Positions 47,550 through 60,949 of a DNA stretch of 64,000 nt are shown here, in pieces. Made by a program: the position numbers and the translations under genes. Position 1 is the stretch's first letter. The number at the start of each line of letters is the position of its first letter. The notes beneath the pieces were generated by a model that was not told where the DNA came from, ran no database searches, and saw nothing but the letters and a program-made list of their open reading frames with translations. The DNA is from Yuukianura sp. NJ FZ-2021 (lineage: Eukaryota). The stretch is taken from positions 1,550,001 through 1,614,000 of the forward strand of contig CM102286.1 in assembly GCA_046563655.1 (NCBI GenBank). The letters are read 5' to 3'.

Positions 47550-50387
47550 CTACAGGATGGAATTACTGTGATGTTGTGCATTGGAGTCAACGGGGGAATT
47601 GACAATGAAAACGCCACTGGGCCTTCCATTGAACGAATATTTCCCGCCGGAAATGAGATGCGTCGTTTTGGAGTTGTCTGGTTTCTTGCCATGCTGTTTT
47701 TTAGAAACTACTTTTTTCTTGGGATTTTGAATTTGGGCGGGACGTCCATTGGATAAAAATTTGAGTGGAAGGGAGATGACATTGTTCTGTGTATTCTCAG
47801 CTGACTGTTCGTCATCTTCCACTGAACTACTGCCAGCACCGCTGTTCAGCATCATCCCCATTGGATTCATCATCACTGAAAAAAAAATGAAATTATGAAA
47901 TTTTGACAAAATCTACTTCAAAATTCTGGTCACGTCTTTTTTTTGTACGTGTTTCAAGTGAAGTGCGGAAAATGATGAACCGTAAGCACACCACGTTCGA
48001 AACTTAATGACTCCTTGTGTGGCAGCTCACGTTTAAACTAACGTTTAAGTTTTCGCGGCCTTTTTGTTTTAAATTTTCCCGCCTTTTGAACTTTGAAACT
48101 ACATCAAACATGACCTAATTTTCTCTATTTTAGCAGAACGCGATCCGCTAGGTTTCAAATTTTGAAATTTGAGCGCCTTTTTCAAAATCTGGTGCCAAAA
48201 TGAGTTAAATCGACAAGTTTATTTGAAAATCTCGTAAAATTAGGCTATCTTTTTTAAAAAGTACAATGAAGATGTCAATTTTTGAGTCGAAGGGGTTGAC
48301 TAAACCTCGGAATGAGCAAACAGCTAAACTTTCACACACCGATTAATTGAATTGCGGTAGATTTATAGTGACATGGCACGTACTACACTAAAACGCTGCG
48401 GGATTCACACCACACCCTACAAACCAACTGACTCAATTCACAAAGTGACAATGGATGACTCTCATAAAATTATGTTAACTTAGGTTAGGTCACATGATCT
48501 TTTGCATTTTCAATTCATTTGTGATAACGTTGTCATCACTTCCAAAAAATTTCAATCTTCCAAAGTCAATCTACGAATTCCGGAACTAAACTTTTCGAAA
48601 ATTTCGTTTCGGTTCAATTTCTAAAGATTGTTTGCCAAATACCAAAAACGTCATGTCGCATGACCTTGCAACTTTTTTGCATTAGTCAATTGCGGAGTAC
48701 GTGGAATGTATTTGCACAAATAAAAGGTTCGCAAATTGCGAATCGAAGTTTGCAAAAGCAAAGCGGAAATTGATGGTCTTCTGAATAAGAACTCCTCGCC
48801 TACAAATTGAGCGTGTTGCATTTTTTGCTAAAGACACGCGATTGTTTGGATAGTAAACTAAAGAATTCAGTTGCATCTCTTCATTACAGTTTTCTGCACT
48901 GCATAAAATCATTATAATTAAAAGGAAACTAACGTTTTGGAATGGTAGCTTAACAAGTAAAGGTGTAATTTTGTTTGTACAACTTCTTCAGATTCAGTGG
49001 ATTAGTCAACCATACTCTTTTCCCGAGAGGCATTTCAAGTATTATATCATAGTAAAGGGGCATAATTATGGAATTAGTTAAACCTAACTGTACTTTTTCA
49101 TAGCAATCCAACAAATGTTCCGTTCAAATATTTAAGTGTACAGCACGTTTCAAAAAACATTGTAAAAAATTTATCCAAAAAGTTATCAGGATTTTAGTGA
49201 AAATGAAAATGTGAAATGAAATCCAATGTAGAAATTTTCAAAATTCAGGATTCTTGACTTTTTGAAGTTTTTTGACACCATGACGCCTGTCCAAAATCAA
49301 AATTTGGCGGGAAAGTAGTTACTCCCTTCAAAACAGTAACTCTCTCTTCATGTTTCTCGGAGGGGAGCCTCGTAAACTTGAAAATAAGGAGGGCAATTCA
49401 TCAAGTTTAAATTGAAAAAGAGATTATTAATGAAGCACGCTAAAGTAATGGTGTGGTGTTCCTCATTTCCTGTCACTCACTCTCCTCCTCTCATCAACAT
49501 AACACGTCTTAACTGATTTACATTTCAAAATTATGTTTTTGATGAATTGACTCTCGGTGAGATAAAATTTTCAGAAAAAGTACTTTTCAAAGTGAGTTTT
49601 TTGAAATTTTACCGCAAAGTTCGTCAACAAAGAAAATTTTTGGCTACAACAGGTTCTCCAATAACTGGGGTTTTTCCGTTTTGTGTAAAAAACTTTTAAA
49701 AATGAAACCAATTGAACTACTCCTGCATCTCTATGGCAATTTTTTACTTTTTTTTTTATTCCTTTTCGAGTTAATAAAAAAATTAAGAAATTAAAAAAAA
49801 ATTAAGAAATTTTCTTTTAGTGTTCAAAGATTGAAAAAAAATGGCAAAAAAAGAATAAACTAAATTGGTGCAGTTTGTTTGAAGTAAATTTTTTGGAAAC
49901 ACTGAGTTATTGGACAACCTGTTGTAGGAAATATAATTCGGTTGTCGAGGAACCTTGTTTTACCTGGACTGGGTGGTATGATTGGCGTATTGTATGGATG
50001 TGGTGACACATAGCCTAGTCCAGGTACGAACATGTATGGAGCCGGAGGCAGTCGGATGTAGAATACTGGTGAGTTGGCTTCATGACGACTGAACTGCCGA
50101 TGGTACGGTGACGACTGGACATGCGCAGGAGCAGGCATGAGCTGACCATCCCTCCTGGCCATGTGCAGAAACTCCAGCGACGGAATGGTCGTCAAGAAGC
50201 GACTGTTGAGGCGACCGTTGCTCACGCGGTGGATTCGGGTGATGGGGGACGGTGTGAGGCCGTTGTAGTAAAAGTCACGACCATTGCGCAGACTCCGACC
50301 TGCGTCAGATGCTCCTCTATTGGAGCTAGGAACACTGGACACTGAGCTACTTAGGAATACAACTGCTGCGTATGCCAGGATCAGTCT
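47550..50387 (-). CDS. Secreted uncharacterised arthropod protein, DUF4786-like (exons 50387-49964, 47875-47550; start exon not located)
   Basis: Hydrophobic signal RLILAYAAVVFLSSSVSS. Motifs SPVFYIRLPPAPYMFVPGLGYVS, LPLKFLSNGRP and GKYSFNGRPSGVF. A phase-1 GT-AG junction is in frame. The family name is recalled, not verified. Confidence 0.75.
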
Positions 50388-53300
50388 CTGAAAAAAGTGC
50401 AAAAAATTTGGTCACCTTTTTTTTTAACCAAGATTTTGAAATTTGCAACCAAATATTTAGACGCTGCTCTGCTTTCTTCCACCGGATTAATTTTACTTTT
50501 GTTGGAATTACACATTGTGATGGTTTTCAAAAGTTAAGTCATACTCATTCCTCTGGAAAATCGAATTTTTTTTTCGAAATTGGGTTAACGCCCTACGGAA
50601 ATCGAAATTTTGATTTTGATTGTCAAAATTTTTACGAAATTTGAAATACCAATAAAAGCAGACATGTGTCATAAATTTTTCGAAAAGAAATTTTTTAAAT
50701 TTGAAAGTGTGAAAGTTGTCATTTGTTTGCAAGTTTTCACATCCTTGTAAAACCATTAATGGTGTGTTTTACATTATAAATTTAACGGTGCTTGCAAGTT
50801 CTAAGGTTTACGCAGTGTCATAAATTTCAAAACCCAAAAAATAATTTTGAAAAAGTTTTTAGTTTGAAGTGCCAATAGCTGAGAATAAATTAAGAGCAAA
50901 GTTAATCAAGTCAAAAAACTGGTTTTCAATTACCATTTCCACAGAAGCACAAGTTAACACTTTTCTTAGAGTTAATAGCCGTTCAGATACTGGCAAAAAT
51001 AATCGCAGTCTTCGTACTATAATTTTCAACTTAACACAAGAATTTCCAAAATTTTGAAAGTTTTCTCTCCAATTATATTTTAATTACTCCACATCTTGGA
51101 ACTTAAAAAAAAGGCTTTGCCAATAAACTTTTACAAAAGTTTCAAAAACAGTAGAATTTTTGTCTCTTACTGGATTTATTTTTGCATCAGAGAAGCAATC
51201 TGACTGCAGTTTTTTTTTTCAAAATGTTTCAAAAAAATGAAACTTTAGGAATGTCTTAATTTTATTTTCATCATGAAACATATGAAAGGGTTTACAAATT
51301 GGAGTCGAAATGATACAGATTTGGAAAATACAAAATTAAAATTGAAATTACAACATTTTCGACATCCATTAAACCCCAAGGTTGCTTTGAAATGTAACTT
51401 TCTTGCTACTTTCTGATCTGCTATTATTTTAACAAGCAAATTACGGAGGAGAGGAAATCTTGATCTTTCAACATTACAAAAAAAAAGTTGGAAGATGATG
51501 TCTCCAACAAAAATGGAAAAAACAGGAATTTAAGTCCATTAAATGGACTTAAATGGAGATTTTTCACACGAAACCCAAAAGATCATGGAATAATGGTAGC
51601 AAAATTTTGGTTGTACTCTGCTCAATTTCAGAAGAAAAGTTCATAATAAGAGGCAAATTCCATCACAGGACAATAACTTTGTTCTTTTGTTATGACTCTG
51701 GACCTAACTTCACCAGCATCTTAATCATCTTTGAATCTACGAAGAGGAATTTGAAACATTCCAAAATGATTTAAGACCAAAACTTATGCTTCAGCAAAAA
51801 AAAAATGAAAATGAGCCTAAATTGACCACCAGAAAGCCTAACCTAACAATTAAAACTTTTTTGATTAAACCAAAAAATTTTCTTCATACTGGAAAATTTT
51901 GCATTTCACATAAGATTGTCACAAAAAACACAATTTTTTAAAAAACAAAAGTCCACCCTTCCCGCTCTTTTCTAAAAAATTTTGAACTTAAAGTTTTCTT
52001 TTGAAAACTTTAAATTGAAAAACAAATCTTAGCATTTGGAAGTGCGCAGTGCATTTGGTAATATTTAGAAAGCAATAAACAAGTTTACAGCACCGTTTTT
52101 TCACACATTTGAAAAGTGCATAAAAATTGCAGTTAAACTGAAAAGTGGGCCAGAGAGATGAATTCATGCAAGAAGAAGTGACAATACGCAATTAAGTTCA
52201 AGTGTGTTTGTCCACTCGTTTCAAAAGTTTATTGTGTCGATCATTACGACGTATACACAACATACACAAAAAAAATTTCGACCAATTCAAAAACCTTTTT
52301 TAAACCGGTAACAGTACAGCAGAAGCAGAACATGAATGAGAAACCGGTTCACACCGTACGACGGATGGTGCAGTATTGTGAGAATTTGTCTTTTTTGCAA
52401 ACTGTCACTTGATGCGATTTTTTTTTGTGCGAAAATGTCGAAATTTGCAAAACCCTAAATGATGCCGAGGTGTGAAACTTTTACAAAATAGATAAACGTT
52501 GTTCATGTGACGTTTTTTGCTTCATAAATTATTGTTAATACTTTTTCTTTTCACTAACTGAAGCCTCAAGGCGTATTTACGGAGTATATTTAAGGAGCGA
52601 TTTACCACAAACACCTTTTTAGGAAATTCTTTCAAAATTCTGGTTTTTTATAAGCTTGTTTCAAAAATGGAAATTTCACCGGGAGCCGGTCTGTCACCAA
52701 AGAAAACGATGACCTTTGGAGGTCAAAGTCAAAATTTCAACTTCCTCGTTTAAAATACTTCCTGATTTGACGTGTTTCTCTTGTTTTGTACCGTTTTTTA
52801 TCTAAATTACTATTTTGATTTAATTTTTTTTTCGGTTTTGACAATTTTTTTTTATCAAATTCTAGTGGAATCAACTAGGATAAAAACCATAATTTTTAAA
52901 CAATTTGTTAAAAAGATTTTTAAAGAATTTTTCTGAATCTAAAGTTTTGTTAGTTTTTAGTGTGTAACGTTAGCATAAGTTTGTGTATTATGTAAATGGT
53001 GACCGTCGTCCAACAAGTTGAAGACATTGTATTAGCCTTGGGAGGTTTATAGTCATGTTGAGTCAAAAGTCAACACTTGAATGGACTGTAAATGTACAAT
53101 TTACTTTGTTCACTTCCGCTCGTAACCAGTCTCTGTACTCCGCACGCATGCGCGTCTCATTTTGCCGTTATTGTAGTCGCTAATTATTTAGCCTCGATAT
53201 TTTGAAGGCTGACGTCTCCCAGTGCACGTCTTCAACATTTAAAAGTTTGCTGTAAAAAATTGTTCATGTAAAAATTTATGGCAAAAATTACTCACATTCC

Positions 53301-54668
53301 AGACGCTGACCTTTGACACAAAAAGTGGACACGAAGTCAAACTTTTCTGAAATTCATCCATTGTTTTGAGCTTCACTAACTTTTTTTTTGAGATTGAAAA
53401 AAATTCGAAACAACACACTTCAAAATTTGAAAGCAGTCTAACGTCTGACAGGTAGCACTTAAAATTTAAAACAGAAAAAACTAAAAAGTGCCAACAATCC
53501 AACACTGATAAAAAAAACTTCTTGTCAACACTTGAGCCGTTTTAACATTCTGAAGAATTATGTAACCTTCAAAATATCTAACTTTCAAAAATTCTAAAAT
53601 TTTGATCCAAAATTTATGAAAATTGTAGACGGTGGAGCGTCTTTGCAGGTAAGTCCAAGGCCGTGAGTGTGAATGTGAAGACTAAAGTCGGGAGCACCTT
53701 GAGCACCCTGAGCCTTTACGAATGAAGATGCTGTTGAAGGGAATGTTGGAAACAGGAGAGAAACAGGTAGGGGGATGGTCGTTATTCTTCATTTCCAACA
53801 TGGTCTTTCGCATCTTCCTTATTTTTCAAGTTCGTACAAAAAAGAACTTTGTAACAAAAAATGGTAAAGATGATGTTGAATTTTGCAGAGTTTGTAAAGA
53901 AAACGTGTAGAGAGATGAAGTTGGAAGGCCGTTGATGTCGCCCTGAGACTCCACAAAAGTTGGCCAGTGGAACACAAATTTGTATTGTTGATTGTTCGAC
54001 GGAGATGATTGACCGCGGCGGTGAGATGTGAACCACCGCCGCGGCTTCAAATTAGCTTCCATTCCCATTAGAAAATGAATATGGCTAACAAATGCAGCTG
54101 AAAAAAAAAGCCAAAATGTGCCAAATTTTTAAAATAACTAATCTTCTCAAATTGTTTCCTTCAAATTTTTCTGTTTCTGTAACTTTTCGGGTTTGAAAGA
54201 ATTTTGGCTCCTAAATTTTCACACAAAAATATTTGTCTTCAGACGAATTTTTGGAAATTTTTAGTCAAATTTATGTGTGAATTTCAGAACTCCAAGGCAA
54301 GGACACATTTTAGGCATAATAAAATCTGTTTTAAATTTCATTTGGAAAATGAGTTTATTTTGGCAAATTTTCAAAAATTTGGAAAAGTAATACTTTTTAA
54401 AATGTTGGCAACCGCTCTAAGCGTATAAGCATTGTAGGATTTTATTGCACTTTATCACACTTTGAGGCTTACACAAAGACGGAAGAGTCAAAAGGAATGG
54501 CCTCGAGTCTGTAACATTGGGTGTATATTACACTAACTTACAAATAGTCCAACCTATTTAAATTCCTAGTTAGTAAAATAAATTAGTTAACAAGGTTCTG
54601 ACAAAATGTTATAGGAAGACAACATTTCATCCTGAAGGTGTGAAAATTTACACTTAAAATAGTTTACT

Positions 54669-56541
54669 TCACAACGGTTTACTTGTTGTAATTTCTGTAA
54701 TTTCAATTGCACCACCATTTGAGGTCGACGCAGGCGCAGGAGTAAGATGGGCATCGATTCCTTGATACCGAATTTCTTCTGTGTAAGATTCAAAATGGCG
54801 TTCACAACAACCTCCAAGCGTCTTCAGGAAGCAGAAGAAGTCAAACATAAAATCACAGACAAGTGGAGCCTAAAACAAAAAAAAAGTCCAACTTTTCAAA
54901 AGCGGGATAGTCAAATTTTTTAAATTTTCAACCTGAGGAGCAACTAATCTTTCTAAGTCCCTCATTTTAAAATTTTGACGCTTCTAATTTTTTGAAGTTT
55001 TGAAAATTTACCAAAGCGAATAGCCCAATACTGGCACCAATGGTGAGAACGAGTAACAAAAAATCAAATTGTTTCCCTTCTCCCGTCGTTTCTACTACAA
55101 ATCTCACTCCGTATCTCTTCGTAAGTGTTCGTCTATTTTCTTCATTGTACGACGCCGTTCGGAAGTTGTATCCCGGAGAAATGTCAACATCGGAAGCATC
55201 GAGTCTCGAAAAAGAATAGTGCGGTAAACAGTCTTCAATTGTCGATCCCCAGTCAAAGTCACAGTTCCACGAAATCAAAATTCGAAAAACGCCGCCCTAA
55301 AAATTATAATTTCACTTTCAATTTTGAAATTTCAGTACAAGTTTCGGAATTCTATCGAAATCTCACGGTGATTGCGACTTTGTCGTAATTTGCTCCACTC
55401 CACTCAACAATTTTTCCAACATTGAAGATTGGACAATACGGATTTGAAACAGGGTCGTAATTGCATTCCTTCAGATAGGCTTTAGTGGCATTGCTTAGAA
55501 GATTTCGGCGCTTAAATTGTGATTTTGAATTGTCACTTTCACAATCTGGGAATTCAACTGTCGACTTGATCAAAACTGTCATAATTTTTGTGTCTTTCAG
55601 TAAAGCAATTTTTCCACCCCTGCGAAAAGCAAAATTGTCACATTAAATTGTTCCTAAAAATTTTAGTAAAGAAACTAAAAATTTCCTAAATTTTTACTAA
55701 AAATTTGTAAAAACTCGATTTTGAAAATTTTTGGCTTACAGTGGCGGATTTTCGCCTTCTACTGGACACCATGCTGACACTTGGCAGTTGCCAGTTGAAG
55801 TACAAACTCCATCGTAAATTCCATTGTAACCAGGATTCGGTGTTCCAAATGGACACTCTGAATTTTTAGAACAAAACCCAGTTGGGCCCTACACAAAATA
55901 CGACAAAATTCAAAAAAGTTCGAAATTTTGATTTTGTTTAATAGCATTAATTTATGACCACGGATGTCAAAAATATGTGTTAAAAGCCCCAACGATATTG
56001 ACAAAACATGTTTCGAAAAATAACCGTCCAAATATTTACGAATTACCATTCAGGCCATGGGCAAATAAGCAAATATTTTGCAAATATTTTTTGTTAACGT
56101 TATGGGAATGGAGACTAAATATTTTTGATATCCCTGCTTATGACCTACCTGTGGACAACGCCCCCTACTTTGATTTGCAGTGATGATTACATTAGTCGTT
56201 ACGAAGAATCCATCTCCGTAGTACTGTAAAAGGTCTTCGTTGTCCCACACTCTTCTGTAAAGTTCTGGATTCGGAATGGCCAGTTCCTCGTCAGTGTAAT
56301 CCTCAGTACTGATGACCCCCTTGACCTTGAGCAGTGCAATTCCCTTGGCAGCGCATGACTTTTGGTAGATTCTGCGCAAGTCCATTTGGTAACTTCTTAA
56401 AAAAGCTGCCCAGACGATGATCATCAGTGTCAAGTAAGTTATGGCCAGAAAGTTACTTTTGATTTTGACCACTCTTGGAGTTGTGTACACCGTCACTAAA
56501 CTTTTAGCCCAGTGAAGTCGATGTGAAAATTTGTAGCCCAT
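54669..56541 (-). CDS. P2X purinergic receptor (exons 56541-56149, 55888-55740, 55619-55367, 55296-55012, 54869-54669)
   Basis: YTTPR N-terminal motif, TM1, KVKG, FFVTTNVIITANQSRGRCP, CQVSAWCPVE, PYCPIF, WNCDFD..C.PHYSFSRLD, SPGYNFRTA, RTLTKRYGVRF and TM2 LTIGASIGLFALAPLVCDF. Confidence 0.95.
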
Positions 56542-59500
56542 GACTAGAAAGTAGTTTCTGCTGAAATTTTGAAAACAAGACACTAGTTGTGAAACTAAAG
56601 TTTAATTTAGTTGCGCAAACACGTTCCACTGTTCCAGATTTTGGCACAACTTTTCCAGTAAACCTGGTTTTTGCGAACTATGACTCAAGTTTGAAATAAT
56701 TAGCAAACTGAGTCGTCACTAGCACGACTTTTGCGCATGTGCCAAGCGGAACTCACTTTGCAGAACTGCATAAATAGTAAATAACAATTTAAAAATACTT
56801 TATGAATATGGAAACTGATTTGTAAGAGTTCTGGATGACGAGGACACGCCTGCGTTATTTTTATGCTTTGACATGCAAATCCGGTAGACAACTGAAACTA
56901 ACAAGTGACAGTCATTAGTAAGTGACCTTTGACAGAAACTTTTTTCTTTAGAAAACGCTTGCGCAGTGCTTTAAACTCGGAAGTTGTAAGACAATGCAAT
57001 GGCAGGACAATGCGATGCTCCAAATGGCTTGGTACGGTTTGTTTATGACATTCCAGGAACTAGTGGAGCGGTACCATGCAACGTCTGTTTTATGTGGTTT
57101 CTGACAATTTTCAATTCTTTACCTCCAACAAGGTCATTCCATCATTTCATGTGCAAAATATGGTTTTAGTAGTGCATGTATTAGCACACTCAAAAATTCA
57201 AAAATTCTTAAAAGCTGTCACAAAAGTTATCACAAATTGAAAATCTCTTCGCTGGAGGTATAAAAACATTTCGAAATTGTCAAAAAGTTGTTCCTCAACT
57301 AAAAATTGCAGGCAAAATGTGACAAAATACTAAAAGCTTTGGAAAAAAAAACTAAATAAAGTGTTTTGTGATAAAAATCTAAGGTTGGTTTTGAATTGAA
57401 AACTTTTTGACACCAGCACTTCCACGTTTTACATTCAAAAGGTTCAAAAAATAGCGGAATTCCTTCAAAAACCGGTGATTCCTGTCACAATGTTACACGC
57501 AAAACTTTTTGTTGAGATATAAATTTTGTTGATGTATAAATTAACAATTAATTATGTCAAAGGTCACTAGATTTTGTGTGATTTTTAGTCACTTTTTATG
57601 CACTACCGTGTCTAAAAAGTGAATAAAAAAAAGCGGTTTGTGCTTCGGCGTGAACTACAGTATGTTCAAATTCAAAACTTTTTACTTCCCGGAGGAAATG
57701 CGAGCAGAAACAAAGATATTATGTGAGATCAGGAAGCAAAATAACGTTTGTTGAAGTTTGGAGTAAAAAAGATTCTCCTCCTGCCCTGTATTTACTAAAC
57801 CATTTTTCTTTTAATAATAGAAATTGGCATGCGTGTGTGTGGAAGTAATAAATTTGTTACTTGAAAAATCTGTTTTAAAAACTTTTCTAACAGCATTTTC
57901 ACCGAAACTGATTCTGTTCTGACTTCTTTCTACACAAAACAGATTTTCTCCTTGATCAAATTTTGATAAGAAACATACTTGAGACCGGAATTTCCTTCTA
58001 ATCTTGCTATGATCAAGTGTTTGTACAAAAACAAAATGGAAATCTTTTTTCGAAATGTGAGATTTTTTGGTTTATGGGAAAATCTAACTGATTCTGAATC
58101 GAAAAGAGGGACATTTTTCAACATGCAAGGTTAAACTAGTCACTTAATTATTTTTTTCGAAAAGGAAGTTGTCTATTATCCATACGGGAGTTGAAATTTA
58201 AGCTTTTCCTTCCTGTTGGAAAAATCTGTTGCTCAAAAAATTTTGTCTCAAAAACAAAATGTGCTAAAAACAAAGCTTTTAATATTTTTTGAAAAAGTTT
58301 GCCAATTTCAACGAAGCGTTGACAAAATGGCTTTGTCGTTAACTGTTTTAGTAAAAGTGTGCCAATTTTTTTCTTTTTTAAGATTTTTGAACAAAAAAGT
58401 TCAAGATGGCGTTGTTTTTTTAGTTTTCCGAGTTTGTGCGTTTTAGGGGTTTAAAATTTTTTGAGTTTTTAAATTGTGGATTTTGCGTTGTTTGAAAAAT
58501 TTTGGGGAGGTCATTGACCTCTTTTTGGAATTTGTGGGTTGGGAGTTGCAAGTTTTAGTATTGAACTTCAATTATATTTTAATTAAAGTCAATTTTGTTT
58601 ACACTGGGCTGTGGCTTAAACGGCCGTGGATGAAAGATGGTCATCGTGATTTGTTGATTTTGCTTGCAGCAGTTTTTTTTTATTTCTTTTCAGATCTTGG
58701 CACTCGGTCACTTCAATTTCAAATTCTGCACGCTATTTCATTGTTATTTTTTTTAAAGTACACAAGTAATGCTAACAACTCTATTTTGGGAGGGAATGGA
58801 AACATTTTATTTTTAAACTTGAATGTCATTCTGCTAAGAAATCATGTCAACGTGTTCATGAAATGCATAATTTCACACTTGTTAGTGCCATTTTAAAAGA
58901 TGAGTCTGTAGATTCTTTGTGGCGTTTGTGCACTTTCCAACGGAAAAATCTCCACTCTACCGTAAAATCATTGCATCACTGTTTCAGACTCAAAATTATC
59001 CTTCCATTCATAAAAATAAATTCAAAGAATTTTGAAAAAGCTAAAATGAAAAAATAGTGAAGCATAAACTTTTAAAATATTTTGACTTTACATAAAATAT
59101 CACCAAAACAGTCAAAATTTTGAGCAAATGAGAATACGCCATACGTCACAAAAATGACGAGGAGAAATTATCAACTCAAGTCAAACTATTTAGAGTCATT
59201 CTAATAAAATTTATTTTTAATTTTTTTTTTGCCGCTGGCGTGCAATTTTTACTAACTTCACAAACACAATCATTTTTCATGCAAATTGGTTCAGTAAGAT
59301 TCATTTTTTCCTGTTTTGAAGTGCCGTGCACTTAAATTCACGCCGCGAGGTGTGAACTTCTGCCGAAACTTGAGATCCTGTTGACAACATTTGGAAACTC
59401 AGTAGGAATATTAAGTTTCAAAATTTTGAAGTTGCAATACAATGCATGTGCAAGTTGCAAAAAAAGCCCGGTAGCAAAATGGTGAGCAAAAACATTAAGT

Positions 59501-60949
59501 TTTATTTCATGCTTGAAAAACAGTTTTGAAAAACTAGGTGAAAAGTTCGTTCCTTTTCACCACCAAAAAACATACCAACTTGGCAATTAAATTTTATGTC
59601 AACATTTCATTAATTGCATCCGAAAAACAGTAAAAGTCACAAAAACTGGTGTTGGTTTTTGACTCGTTTTGTTGCTTGTGAAGTTGATTTATGAGTTAAG
59701 TTCATCATAAAATGAAACAGTTTGGCATTTAGTGCAAAAATCTCCACGCTCTCGTGACCTCTTCCTTTGAAAAGGTCATTTTCATTTGATTTGACGCCAA
59801 TTTTTGTTGTTTTTGTAACGTAATCAAACGGGATCAACTTGAAACTTTTGTCCATGAAAAAATGTTAAGATTGATTTCAGTTTTCAAACGGAACTTTTGT
59901 ATATAAAAACGAAAAAAAGAAGGATTTGACATTTAACTAGGTCAAAACTGTGAACAATTTTTTTTTGAGAATCTGCACCGCAATTCCACTGTTCGATCGT
60001 AATTGCCCAAAATTGATTCTGTGAAAATTTTCAACAAAAAGCCCGCAACTTTCTTCAACTTTGCGATAAGTTTTGTGGGAAAGAAATAAAAACAAACAAG
60101 TGTGAACGATGCTGTGTTGAAAAGTGAGTTTTTTCAAATTTCAAATTTTCCCACCATAAGTCTTCCATTGCACTTAACCAATACTAAAACTATGGCAAAA
60201 TTGAAGCGTTGGTGAAATTTCACAATTCAAATGGCGCCTAACTTTAAACCTCCAAAATTACTGTTCATCAAGTCGTCTGATATGCGTTCCAAATCAATGG
60301 TTTTCTAAACAAGGCTGATGGGACAAAAATTGTATATTTTTTTTTAAACTTTTTTTTTCAAAAGTAGTTTATGTTAAGACACATTGCGTTTTTGCGGCTA
60401 CTTCAACATTTTCAACAACTGAATTTGTTTTTCTAGTTTAGTTTAAAGAAAATGCCTGGTTTTAAGCTATTTTTCAACAAGTCCCTTAACGTATAAAAAA
60501 TATTTGAGTCACATGATTTTTGCTCGTGTCGAAATTTTGAGAAAATCGAAGTTTTTGGCAACTTTGGGTTAGTTTTAGACAGAAACTATTATTTGCAAAG
60601 CAAGCCTTCGAAATTCGTTTGAAATTCAGGAGTAATTATATTGACCAACTAAAAATCCAATACCTAAATTACTGGTTCCATCAACTGTCCAAATTGTACC
60701 TTTTTGCCACGTCGACATTTGACTTACGTCTTTCTCTTAGAAGGTGGTCGTCAACAGACGTAAACCAGTTCAAAATTTTGAATATTTCTACAAAGTTAGA
60801 ATTTTGTTGAATCCAATAACACTGTAGGCGTTGTTCTAATTTTAAGTTTTTCAAAAATTTCATTTTGACTACACCATTTTTAAGTTCATTTAAACTAAAA
60901 ACTACAAAAAACTCAATCCAAACATATTTGTTCTAAAATTTGAAAAAGA

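Noticed and set aside
51171..52333. Candidate upstream exons for the DUF4786-like gene (33-nt micro-exon near 51171-51203 and an ATG near 52333)
   Set aside because: Splice signals are plausible, but the peptide is not convincing without transcript data.
56700..60900. Many 60-140 aa Phe/Lys/Leu-rich ORFs, also in 29200-35400
   Set aside because: Their composition reflects A/T-run non-coding DNA, with no motifs or consistent exon structure.
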